Shown here piece after piece: positions 57,501 to 64,000 of a stretch of DNA of 64,000 nucleotides (position 1 is its first letter; each line of letters starts with the position of its first letter). Under the pieces are notes generated by a model. It saw only the letters and a program-made list of their open reading frames with translations. It had not been told where the DNA came from and searched no databases. Location: the IMG/VR virus record IMGVR_UViG_3300008255_000107. One strand, 5' to 3'. The stretch is from a virus. Taxonomy: Duplodnaviria; Heunggongvirae; Uroviricota; Caudoviricetes. Both the position numbers and the translations under genes were made by a program.

Positions 57501-59147
57501 GGTGGCTTCTGAAAGCACTTTCCAAAAACTGATGGGGCCCGAAGTGGTTCCACCAGAGGACTTGATGTACTCGCCAGTTGGGCGGAGCTTATCGAAGGAG
57601 AAACCGGTACCCCCACCAGCCTTCTGGATAATAGCAGTGTCCTTGACAGTGTCAAAGATACCATCGATGGAGTCTTCAATAGGTAAGACAAAACAGTTAT
57701 GAACAAGAACTCCATCTACCACAAACGAACCGTTACCATCATCGGCTGTCTGTATATCGTACACCTCCATATCACCCAGGTACTCGCACCCCCTGTACTT
57801 CATGCGTACAGGCCCCGAACCTTCCTCCGTGGTAAGATTACCCAGTATTTCATTTTTACGATCGGAGATGAAACCAATTCTACTTCTAAAATTAAGGATA
57901 TGGTCCCTATGGTTAATTTGTACAGTCCACCCGTCCAGACGGTTGGGTCTTCCATCCCTTTTCAGGTTCACTTGGTTGTACACACCAAAAAGATCTAGCA
58001 TTCTGGACACCCCGAAAGCCAGTTCCTTTGAAACTGTTTGGAAACCTATACCTGTACTACTAATACACCCGTCTGCTTCAAAAATAACCTTAAGGAATTC
58101 TTTTTTGGTCAAGTAATTGGATGACTCCACCTGAGGTGGTAGGGTCTTGGTGTCTTTACGGGAAAATAGTCCATATTTTTCACATAGAACAGCAAGATTT
58201 CTGTCGTAAGAGCGTATGCGCGTGAATCTTTCCACACCACCTACCCCTTCCTCTTCTTTCTGGGTATAGCTAAAACCTAGCTTATCCATAAGATTGACAA
58301 CATGGTCCAGGGATTTACTGTCAATAACTTGGATCTCTCCTACAAAAAACTCGCTATTACCTTTCGACTGAGGGTACCAGTTACAACCCCCATCTGTCAA
58401 AATCCATGCAGCTAGTGCTATTTCAAGATCCAAAGTTTGTTCCATACGGGGGTATTCCCCCTGAACACCCTCTTTTATGTACTTACCCTCGGGTATCTTA
58501 CCTATCTCCTCCCACACAAACTCACCGGGGACCCGTTTAGAACCCGACCCTTTACCGGCCTCATAGTACTGATACCGGTGGTCCAAGGTGCTGTCCACGA
58601 CCCTACTAGAGCCCATGTAGTGCCTATACACAGGTCTCACCCCCTGTCTAGCTGCGACACGTACCCTGACCCACGTACCCTGACCGCTAGAAACTATTAC
58701 CGTTTCTCCGCGCTCCACCATTAACACAATTTCTTTCATAGGGACGTACCCGTACCTAGTTAGTACGGGGGCATCGCCGGATATACAGGCACTTAGCAAA
58801 TTGTCGTTGCGGCCTGCATTCATGAGGGTGGGGCTGTTGGGCATGAATTCACCCGTGGCCATTAGATTGTAGAAACGCTTGCGCCATTTCTTCTCGTCAC
58901 CATTGTAGGGACGCTCCCCTGAGGCGGTAGCGGCGGCTACCCTATAGAAAAGGTCCTTGGCTGTCTCCACATTGGCACCTTGCTCATTTTTCTGCAGGTA
59001 GCGGTCCTTGAGGACGGTCATGGCATTGGGGGTGAGCTCGGGCTCCTGGTAAGACGGATCGGTCTCACGGAATTCGTTTGTCATCTGTTCTCCTTTAGAA
59101 TTGTACAAAACACTATATCCCACGTGCGGTGGTGGGTTAAACCACAA
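54537..59147 (-). CDS. nrdJ: class II (adenosylcobalamin-dependent, NrdJ-type) ribonucleotide reductase interrupted by two inteins. The extein is about 840 aa. The true start is possibly Met22 or Met43 of the ORF.
   Basis: Extein motifs LKDRYL, TLMNAGR..LLSA|CFVLP (catalytic Cys region), IGEIEATNP|CGEQPL (NPCGE motif) and a C-terminal Zn ribbon CPSCG...CLTCEARCG. Total 1536 aa. Confidence 0.85.
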   Translation of the reverse strand: MWFNPPPHVGYSVLYNSKGEQMTNEFRETDPSYQEPELTPNAMTVLKDRYLQKNEQGANVETAKDLFYRVAAATASGERPYNGDEKKWRKRFYNLMATGEFMPNSPTLMNAGRNDNLLSACISGDAPVLTRYGYVPMKEIVLMVERGETVIVSSGQGTWVRVRVAARQGVRPVYRHYMGSSRVVDSTLDHRYQYYEAGKGSGSKRVPGEFVWEEIGKIPEGKYIKEGVQGEYPRMEQTLDLEIALAAWILTDGGCNWYPQSKGNSEFFVGEIQVIDSKSLDHVVNLMDKLGFSYTQKEEEGVGGVERFTRIRSYDRNLAVLCEKYGLFSRKDTKTLPPQVESSNYLTKKEFLKVIFEADGCISSTGIGFQTVSKELAFGVSRMLDLFGVYNQVNLKRDGRPNRLDGWTVQINHRDHILNFRSRIGFISDRKNEILGNLTTEEGSGPVRMKYRGCEYLGDMEVYDIQTADDGNGSFVVDGVLVHNCFVLPIEDSIDGIFDTVKDTAIIQKAGGGTGFSFDKLRPTGEYIKSSGGTTSGPISFWKVLSEATNAIQQGAFRRGANMGMMTVTHPDILKFIHAKQDLNVFNNYNISVKIPELWMLSYDLDPEGIHVVTNTHSGKRFIVPRKFRNENINIMNYGLVDLVEYDPNGSYNPEEYWTRKQVFDVIVDCAWRTGEPGLIFIDEINAKNPTPHIGEIEATNPCVTGETKILTNQGFKRIDSLVDQRVGVWNGEEWSTVTPSVTGENQDLLRVAFSDGSSLDCTPYHSFYLQDGAPRDNKSDIKVEAKYLKPGHRLASWDHPVISGEVVVSVEEAYTHGFFSGDGSSESGRDRDSVWLYGEKKDLLDKLKYEHANECGHDRIFVSLSRNIAGGWRKSFVPPVTWDVTSRMAWLAGLVDSDGSVTKDGGVQIWSVDKDFLQEVKEMLFISGTHSSIIPGKSACRKMMPDGLGGSKEYSCQESWRLLIPLWGMSILKENGLECHRVDISRDSQQKNFSVRVVSVDKLEKKAPKVYCFTEPKRHRGVFGCIGAGNCGEQPLLPYEACNLGSIDVSKFVVQGKLDEKRLRAAIRHSVRFLEDIIEINPYPIPQIDHICKSNRKIGLGLMGFADALFNMGIAYNTEAGVNMGRHIMKIINEEGHKASGALASERGNFPNYVGSMYDGVKPMRNSAVTTVAPTGTISIIADCSGGIEPLFSLAFKRQVLNGKVMYEVNKHFKKVAQDRGFYSEEMMDRIIREGSVAHIDEVPQDVKDLFVCTHDISPEWHVKMQAAFQEHCDSSISKTINFTEEATRADVMDTYMLAWKLKCKGITVYRNNCRASQPMSLVNDKKKEEVVEKRSKEDYKIRKPLKTPDITTSVRLRQNTPFGHMHVNVSVDPVNGKESEVFAQLGKAGDVMSSDLEAICRLASLFLRMGGDMGEIVNQLEGIGSSKTIPTREGTVGSLADALAKALTKYRNAKHHGLSKLLLGELTPEELHKKPGLPPVTTGSPVTANVAPAKPDKMNDKLLFQEKCPSCGARMIFVEKCLTCEARCGYSKCS
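56055..57041 (-). mobile_element. intein 2 (329 aa) inserted at the NP^CGE active-site motif of NrdJ. Contains a LAGLIDADG homing-endonuclease domain.
   Basis: Starts CVTGETKIL (Hint block A) directly after EATNP. LAGLVDSDG motif. Ends ...GAGN followed by +1 Cys of CGEQPL. Excision restores the canonical NPCGEQPL. Confidence 0.75.
57696..58787 (-). mobile_element. intein 1 (364 aa) inserted between LLSA and CFVLP of NrdJ. LAGLIDADG-type (two motifs).
   Basis: Starts CISGDAPVLTRYG. LAAWILTDGG and LKVIFEADGC LAGLIDADG-like motifs. Ends VLVHN followed by +1 Cys. Excision restores NAGR..LLSACFVLP. Confidence 0.8.
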
Positions 59148-59312
59148 GATGTTGTGTAGGCGTAGGGGTAAACTTACTCACTACATCACAACACGACAAG
59201 GGTGGCCATTCCATACCCAACAGTGAAAATTCCATGAGACACTATAAAATACTTTCTGTAGTTTTTTAACTTGATACACTGGTTTTACCTTAAAAAACTT
59301 TCCGATAAAATG

Positions 59313-59341
59313 TTACACGTGCCTGACCCCAGTTATATAAT
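59313..59341 (+). promoter_or_regulatory. sigma70-like promoter: -35 TTACAC (59313..59318), 17-nt spacer, -10 TATAAT (59336..59341), then RBS GGGAGA 6 nt before the ATG at 59372
   Basis: Consensus hexamers with optimal spacing in an AT-rich divergent intergenic region between nrdJ (minus) and the plus-strand gene block. Confidence 0.6.
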
Positions 59342-59371
59342 ACCATAGAAAGTAATCCTCGGGAGACACAT

Positions 59372-59854
59372 ATGAATCATGCACACGTCGTAAAATACGG
59401 AGATTGGGACAAAGCTTTAGAGGTCGCGTCCAATGGATTTGCTGGTCCCCTGAGCGAGCACGAAAGAGTATCAGTCATGCGGTCATGGCACATACGCCTG
59501 GAATGGTCTCGAAAAGGAAGGGCCTTTGTTTTAAGTAAAGCCCGAGAAACACTCACCCGCATCTCCAGGTACATCATGGATAACCGAGAGGTATTAGGTG
59601 AGGGGAACGTGGCAAAGCTTTTCTCCAAAACTCTTATACCCCTTGAGGGGGTTTTCACCTCCCCCAAAGACCCCAGTATCTTGGAGGAGGTGGTCAACAT
59701 CGTGGAAGCAGCCAAAGAGTTCCACGGGTACAAGGGGGACCTGATAGAATCTGCACAGTACATCGTCTGGAACCTAAACAGCCTGAAAACATGTGCTCGA
59801 ATAATGGAAGACATCAAGCACGGTCATGGCATTGGGGAGGAATCTCATGCCTAA
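59372..59854 (+). CDS. hypothetical protein (160 aa)
   Basis: ORF with a strong SD. First gene of the plus-strand block. Confidence 0.5.
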   Translation: MNHAHVVKYGDWDKALEVASNGFAGPLSEHERVSVMRSWHIRLEWSRKGRAFVLSKARETLTRISRYIMDNREVLGEGNVAKLFSKTLIPLEGVFTSPKDPSILEEVVNIVEAAKEFHGYKGDLIESAQYIVWNLNSLKTCARIMEDIKHGHGIGEESHA

Positions 59855-60056
59855 GAAAAAAAACATTGTGGATCGATTCAAGAATGGGACCAAAGTTTTG
59901 GAATGCACCCAGACCGAATCCAACACCGTGGTGTGTGACGGCCGCGGAAATATCCTCTTCTCCCTGGGGGAGACTCTTGACGGCGCCTGGTCCGAAAGAC
60001 GTATCCTAAGGGCTATGCACAAAGCCTATTTGCAGGGATTAAAAAAGAATGTATAA
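59826..60056 (+). CDS. hypothetical protein (76 aa)
   Basis: ORF overlapping its neighbours in the operon-like block. Confidence 0.35.
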   Translation: MALGRNLMPKKKNIVDRFKNGTKVLECTQTESNTVVCDGRGNILFSLGETLDGAWSERRILRAMHKAYLQGLKKNV

Positions 60057-60729
60057 AAAGAGCGACCTAGGGGCCCTTAAGAAACTCAAGGGCATCCTTA
60101 CCATAGATACGGGTGCAAAGGTAATCGACCAGCTAATCAGTGGTAAGGGGCTGCCCCGCCACCACTTATCACCACTTATGTCTAGCACCCCCTACAGTGT
60201 CACAAATTTATACTATGGGCAATATGAGGAGTGGTCATCCTTCTGTACACTTCTGGATACAAACGGCATCCTTAATATGGCAGAGAGGGCATCGGAGGGC
60301 ATCCAGAATAAACCTTATCCCGCAGAAGAATGGGAGGTTCCCCTGGAGGAAAACACTGTGCTAAAGGTTTTCACCTCAAACTTTGGTTTTCCTGGTCAAG
60401 ACGTGCCCAGTGAGAAACACCTTATCATTTACCACAATGGGGTGGGACTGGGTAACGCTAAAGCAGTTATACAATCTAGGTCACTTTCGGAATGCTCTTT
60501 CAGGGTGTTTCACAGAATTTGGAGTATACGCAGGAGCGATGGGGAACCGTACCCGGAGGGGTGCCTGGTGGAATTGTGTAGGGTACTCTACCCAGAACTC
60601 TTGAATATTCTTTTAACTAGGAGCCCCGGGGACAACATCGCAGCCATGGACGATCGCCCCGGAAAAGGTACTACAGCCCTAAACGATCTTATAGCGGAAG
60701 GTGTTAAGACTTCGTGGGGAAGACTATGA
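60049..60729 (+). CDS. hypothetical protein (226 aa)
   Basis: ORF. Confidence 0.5.
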   Translation: MYKKSDLGALKKLKGILTIDTGAKVIDQLISGKGLPRHHLSPLMSSTPYSVTNLYYGQYEEWSSFCTLLDTNGILNMAERASEGIQNKPYPAEEWEVPLEENTVLKVFTSNFGFPGQDVPSEKHLIIYHNGVGLGNAKAVIQSRSLSECSFRVFHRIWSIRRSDGEPYPEGCLVELCRVLYPELLNILLTRSPGDNIAAMDDRPGKGTTALNDLIAEGVKTSWGRL

Positions 60730-61361
60730 GCTCTCTAAAAAAAATTAAAAACTTCAAGGGTAAGTACCTACCTACCTTCATGGAAGAGCAGCTAAGATCC
60801 CCAGAAGAATATGTGATGGGGTACAGCGGATCATATTATCCTACCCAACCAAGGGTGGAAACCTCGAGCCTAGCCTCCAGCACGATCCCCTTTAACATCC
60901 TTAATTTTTTGGATGGGCTCAGCTTGGAATCAGTCTATGACAAGTTGTCCCTTATTGTGGACGCACCCAGGGAGAGACCCCTAGCGATAATTAGGACTAA
61001 TCCCCAGTACTGTCATCAGTACGCTGTATGGTTGGGGGTAGAGTACGGAAGGTACGCCGGCCAGTATAGGGCCTGTATCCTAGTGGACCGCCATCATGTG
61101 CTGACCATTGTAAAACACAAGGATTTGGGTTTAGCCATTCTTACCTCTATCCTAAAGCTGAATGACGGCTTAGGTGGGTGCAGCGTCAACCCCCTAGAGT
61201 TAGCTAGGGCAGTACACCCAGAATACCTGGAAAGCCTACGGAGAAAAGGTACCATTCCCCTTTTGTTCGAGCTACCTTTCCTGGATAACGACAGAGAGAA
61301 CCCCCTCTTCTTTTTAGCAAAACCTATTCTGAATGACAAACACTTCTGGGAGGAACCATGA
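60714..61361 (+). CDS. hypothetical protein (215 aa)
   Basis: ORF. Confidence 0.5.
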   Translation: MGKTMSSLKKIKNFKGKYLPTFMEEQLRSPEEYVMGYSGSYYPTQPRVETSSLASSTIPFNILNFLDGLSLESVYDKLSLIVDAPRERPLAIIRTNPQYCHQYAVWLGVEYGRYAGQYRACILVDRHHVLTIVKHKDLGLAILTSILKLNDGLGGCSVNPLELARAVHPEYLESLRRKGTIPLLFELPFLDNDRENPLFFLAKPILNDKHFWEEP

Positions 61362-61756
61362 GCGATATAGTGATCGATTTTGACGGTACAGTGGTTACTC
61401 ACAACTACCCCAATATGGGGGTGGATATTGGTGCCGTCCCTGTTTTAAAACAGCTGGTGGCCAAGGGACACCGCTTGGTCCTATCCACTATGAGGGGTAC
61501 GCATGGTCCTTACGGGGATACCTTGAAGCCGGCCGTAAAATGGTTTGCGGATAATGGTATTGATCTGTATGGTGTCCAGGAGAACCCCAGCCAGCACACG
61601 TGGACCAACTCACCTAAAGCATACGGGCAGCTCATCATCGATGACGCCGCATTAGGCTGCCCTCTCAAAATGGACCACTCCCTCAGTGATGCTCCCTTCG
61701 TTAATTGGGACGTCGTTAATCAACATCTCGTTATGGGAGGTTTCTTGGGGCCATGA
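61358..61756 (+). CDS. HAD-superfamily phosphatase-like protein
   Basis: Motif I VIDFDGTVV (DxDGT). Motif II LVLST. 132 aa. Confidence 0.55.
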   Translation: MSDIVIDFDGTVVTHNYPNMGVDIGAVPVLKQLVAKGHRLVLSTMRGTHGPYGDTLKPAVKWFADNGIDLYGVQENPSQHTWTNSPKAYGQLIIDDAALGCPLKMDHSLSDAPFVNWDVVNQHLVMGGFLGP

Positions 61757-62217
61757 CCGAAAACACAGTAACGGTTAATACCGACGCTTCCTTTTGCCCA
61801 CACACCAAAGCTGCGGGGTACGCTTTTTGGATATCCTGCAATGGGGGGCGATATAAGAAGCACGGAGTGCTCAAGGGGGTAAAGAACCCCGGTGAAGCAG
61901 AGATGCATGCGATAGCAAACGCTCTGCACTACCTATACAGTAGCCCTTATACGAAGGACCAGGTATTCAGTAAAATCTGGATCAACTCCGATTGCCTGGA
62001 TGCCCTGAGCCGGATCCAGGACGAGTCCGAGGGCACGGAGGCAGAGAGGTTCATCCAGATACGGTTGGCCCTACTCCTCGAAGATAAGGGAGAGCTACTG
62101 TGCCGCCACGTAAGGGCACATAGGCATACCCGCACGCCTCGAAACTACGTAAACGATTGGTGTGATACCATGGCTAAGAAGTCCATGAGGATTAGGCGTA
62201 AAGAGCTACGCGAGTAA
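61753..62217 (+). CDS. rnhA: ribonuclease H (RNase HI-like)
   Basis: NTDASF (catalytic Asp), AGYAFWI, EAEMHAIANAL (Glu), INSDCLDAL (Asp), HVRAHRHT...NDWCD (His/Asp). DEDD(h) RNase H fold order. Confidence 0.65.
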   Translation: MTENTVTVNTDASFCPHTKAAGYAFWISCNGGRYKKHGVLKGVKNPGEAEMHAIANALHYLYSSPYTKDQVFSKIWINSDCLDALSRIQDESEGTEAERFIQIRLALLLEDKGELLCRHVRAHRHTRTPRNYVNDWCDTMAKKSMRIRRKELRE

Positions 62218-62256
62218 CTCAGGTAATACCCGTGATGAACACCACTACCCTAGTTC

Positions 62257-62838
62257 CTATTTTTCAACCAAAGAAAAAAAATGTTCTCGGTTGCAGAACA
62301 CATCTTTTCTGCTTTTAGGTACTTTACCTTTTCTTTTTGAAAAAGTGCAGCCACACCAAGAACAAGTGAAACTTTCGTATTGCATTTTTTTCCTATGTTC
62401 TTTAGAATGCTGGGAGGCGGTCATCACCTCTAGGTTATTGGGTCTGTTATCCTTCTTGTCCCCATTGACATGGTGAACTACCTCTCCAGGTTTTAGTAAC
62501 CTGCCTAAGGACTTCTCAGCAACTAGGCGATGCTCAAGTACGTACCCTGATCCTCGTAGGTCCTTCCCTTCGTATCCCGCAGGAGCCTTAACAGCCCAAT
62601 ACCCCGACCACCAGATTCTTTCTTTTATGGGCACATGTATTCTGCCATTTTGTATCTTTCTTAATCGCTCCCTTTTCTGATGGGATCTGTATTCAGAAGT
62701 AAACTTTTCAGGCTGGGGTATGTCTCGTACCCAAGCGGATACCGAGGACTTAGCTACCCTAAGATTAGCAGCTATAATGGTTATGGGTAAACCCTCTTTC
62801 CTGAGTTTACGTGCCTCTTCTCTTTGCTTTTTCTTCAT
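62257..62838 (-). CDS. HNH homing endonuclease with an N-terminal HTH/NUMOD-like region
   Basis: [42 protein letters not shown] (HNH motif). Basic N-terminus with an HTH. Inserted next to the tRNA cluster. Confidence 0.7.
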   Translation of the reverse strand: MKKKQREEARKLRKEGLPITIIAANLRVAKSSVSAWVRDIPQPEKFTSEYRSHQKRERLRKIQNGRIHVPIKERIWWSGYWAVKAPAGYEGKDLRGSGYVLEHRLVAEKSLGRLLKPGEVVHHVNGDKKDNRPNNLEVMTASQHSKEHRKKMQYESFTCSWCGCTFSKRKGKVPKSRKDVFCNREHFFSLVEK

Positions 62839-62839
62839 A

Positions 62840-62910
62840 TGAACCTACAGGGGCTCGAACCCCGACTTAGAGAATCAGAATCTCTTGTGCTACCATTACA
62901 CCATAAGTCC
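62840..62910 (-). tRNA. tRNA-Gln-like (anticodon CTG) with an aberrant acceptor. The 5' strand GGACTTA does not pair with the 3' end GTAGGTT but with TAAGTC in the variable region. Possible pseudo-tRNA or rearranged tRNA.
   Basis: D-arm GTG-TAATGGTAG-CAC, anticodon arm AGAGA-TTCTGAT-TCTCT and T-arm CGGGG-TTCGAGC-CCCCT are good. The acceptor is mismatched. The 3' end abuts the HNH gene ATG. Confidence 0.4.
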
Positions 62911-62949
62911 TAAGATAAGAAATAAGGAAAGGAAGGGTACATTACATAA

Positions 62950-63025
62950 AGGGGCAGCTGGATTCGAACCAGCGACATATGCCGGCGTCAAAGGCCGGAG
63001 TCTTGAACCACTTGACGATACCCCC
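62950..63025 (-). tRNA. tRNA-Gln (anticodon TTG)
   Basis: GGGGGTA TC GTC AAGTGGTTCAAG AC T CCGGC CTTTGAC GCCGG CATAT GTC GCTGG TTCGAAT CCAGC TGCCCCT. Aligns with bacterial tRNA-Gln. Acceptor 7 bp with two G-U pairs. Confidence 0.7.
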
Positions 63026-63027
63026 AT

Positions 63028-63058
63028 TAAAAAACCCCCAGTTTTCACCGGGGGTTTC
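63028..63058. terminator. hairpin (aaaccccc agttttcacc gggggttt), a bidirectional terminator-like structure inside the tRNA cluster
   Basis: 8-bp stem flanked by A-run and T-run. Confidence 0.5.
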
Positions 63059-63159
63059 AGTATTGACATCTTTACACGACAGTCATACCAAACACCCCCT
63101 GGGAGTTTGTTGCTGTTGCTGCTGTTGTGTATTCTTTTTCATTTTCCTATTCCTGTTAT

Positions 63160-63230
63160 CGCTGGAGGGGGACTTGAACCCCCGGCATCCTCCGTATGAA
63201 GGAGGCACTCTACCGGCTGAGTTACCCAGC
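63160..63230 (-). tRNA. tRNA-Met (anticodon CAT; elongator or lysidine-Ile type not distinguishable)
   Basis: GCTGGGT AA CTCA GCCGGTA GAGT G CCTCC TTCATAC GGAGG ATGCC GGGGG TTCAAGT CCCCC TCCAGC G. Canonical cloverleaf. Confidence 0.8.
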
Positions 63231-63244
63231 ACTAAATTTTCCGA

Positions 63245-63318
63245 TGGGGGTGGCGGGACTTGAACCCGCAACTTCGACCTTATAAGAGCCGCGCTCTGAC
63301 CAATTGAACTACACCCCT
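63245..63318 (-). tRNA. tRNA with anticodon TAT (Ile-UAU type), A1:C72 mismatch at the top of the acceptor stem
   Basis: AGGGGTG TA GTTC AATTGGTCA GAGC G CGGCT CTTATAA GGTCG AAGTT GCGGG TTCAAGT CCCGC CACCCCC A. Confidence 0.7.
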
Positions 63319-63478
63319 ATGTGAGGTATGCATCAACTTGGTTCGTATATGTCTTTTGATATGAATCCTCATACCATTTTTCTCCTTCTCAAAATGGAGG
63401 GGTCCAATCTTGCCGTACTTCGATCGGTTGTTGTGCAGGTCTATTATAGTATCGACCTAAACCCCATAAATTTCCTAG

Positions 63479-63551
63479 TGGTACCGATCAGAATTGAACT
63501 GATGACGCGAGGCGTTTCGGACCTCCGCTCTACCTACTGAGCTACGGCACC
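63479..63551 (-). tRNA. tRNA with an unusual anticodon loop CCGAAAC (anticodon GAA/Phe-like with C33, or CGA)
   Basis: GGTGCCG TA GCTC AGTAGGTA GAGC G GAGGT CCGAAAC GCCTC GCGTC ATCAG TTCAATT CTGAT CGGTACC A. Acceptor, D-arm and T-arm are canonical. Confidence 0.65.
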
Positions 63552-63656
63552 AAAGTGCCAGCACGGGTAACGATCCCGATCTCCGCATTTTCAGGGCGGC
63601 GCATTAACCAATCTATGCTATCACTGGCAGATGTAAACTCTGCTTCACTGTCAGTG

Positions 63657-64000
63657 CTAGTAAATCGCTCTAATCCCATCTTTCGTCTCCAGTTCAATTA
63701 CTTCCAGTTGTGCCAGGCACTTATACCTTATCTCCCCGATACTCACTTCCTGCGAGTAGTGGTAGTGTCCGCACAGCCACCACTCGGGTTTGTGCTGGCC
63801 CGCTAGTTCATCCAGTCCCGTGGTAGTCAAGCTACCGTAGTCGCTGTAGGGCACCAACCTCTTTTCAAATTCAGTAGTGGTGCAATGGCTTACAATGATG
63901 TGAGGCTTCGCCTCTACCAGCATCGTGACTGCTTTGTCCAATTCCCGATAGTGGAGCTGTTCCCCAGCCCACCAATCCTGCCCAGGAATTCTGGCATACG
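63657..64000 (-). CDS. calcineurin-like metallophosphoesterase, C-terminal part. The gene start lies beyond the window end.
   Basis: GHYHYSQE (GHxH motif of metallophosphoesterases). The reading frame stays open to position 64000. Confidence 0.45.
   Translation of the reverse strand, partial: YARIPGQDWWAGEQLHYRELDKAVTMLVEAKPHIIVSHCTTTEFEKRLVPYSDYGSLTTTGLDELAGQHKPEWWLCGHYHYSQEVSIGEIRYKCLAQLEVIELETKDGIRAIY

Noticed and set aside
62885-63271. Plus- and minus-strand ORFs (104, 94, 62 aa) with poly-Leu/poly-Cys/poly-Gln stretches
   Set aside because: They lie across the tRNA cluster. The homopolymeric residues come from a (TTGCTG)n-like microsatellite at about 63100..63135. Not coding.
63400-63478. 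Possible additional tRNA-like element (GGGGTTT...GGACCCC acceptor pairing, D-stem GGTC/GACC)
   Set aside because: No recognisable anticodon arm or T-loop (only ATCGAAG). The D-loop lacks the GG dinucleotide. Most likely a degenerate remnant.
1-64000. CRISPR arrays, integrase/att sites, rRNA genes
   Set aside because: No direct-repeat/spacer arrays, no tyrosine or serine recombinase motifs and no rRNA-like sequence were seen in the window.

Overview
The window reads as a densely packed, mostly minus-strand region of a large (jumbo-type) bacteriophage genome, or a phage-like island. Genes have bacterial Shine-Dalgarno sites, ATGA-type overlaps and rho-independent terminators. A sigma70-like promoter lies at 59313..59341. 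Recognisable content from the translations: (1) nucleotide-metabolism and replication genes: thymidylate synthase ThyA, DHFR, dUTPase, a dTMP-kinase-like protein, an NAD-dependent DNA ligase, an RNase H, a DEDDh exonuclease, and a class II (B12-dependent) ribonucleotide reductase that carries TWO LAGLIDADG inteins. (2) Host-mimicking proteostasis and translation genes: GroEL, GroES, translation initiation factor IF-1, and an AAA+ ATPase fused to an HEXXH metalloprotease. (3) A surface or fibre module: a collagen-like protein, a 659-aa beta-helix repeat protein, a 1796-aa Ser/Thr/Gly-rich giant protein and a pentapeptide-repeat protein, next to at least six glycosyltransferases, an SLT lytic transglycosylase and a GH5 hydrolase. 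(4) Tandem papain-like C1 peptidases, an MBL-fold hydrolase and two SLOG/YpsA-like proteins. (5) Ordinary tRNA genes at 62950..63551 plus single tRNAs at 38915 and 43754. (6) The most unusual feature: a Ro60/Rsr homologue (TROVE plus vWA, 48942..50270, +) divergently flanked by an array of about four structured ~150-170 nt RNAs on the minus strand (47845..48576). Each unit has a long terminal stem, a conserved internal helix (GGCGCAG ... ATACTTCGC / CGACTATACC) and a circularly permuted tRNA-like domain, ordered T-arm, 3' acceptor strand, short loop, 5' acceptor strand, D-arm, with no anticodon arm. That is the architecture I recall for YrlA-type Y RNAs, here multiplied into an array with different tRNA-like identities (Glu-like, Ile/Ala-like, Leu-like). 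I propose this Ro60 plus Y-RNA array, phage-encoded, as the candidate new system. Functional calls without a strong motif are left as hypothetical.
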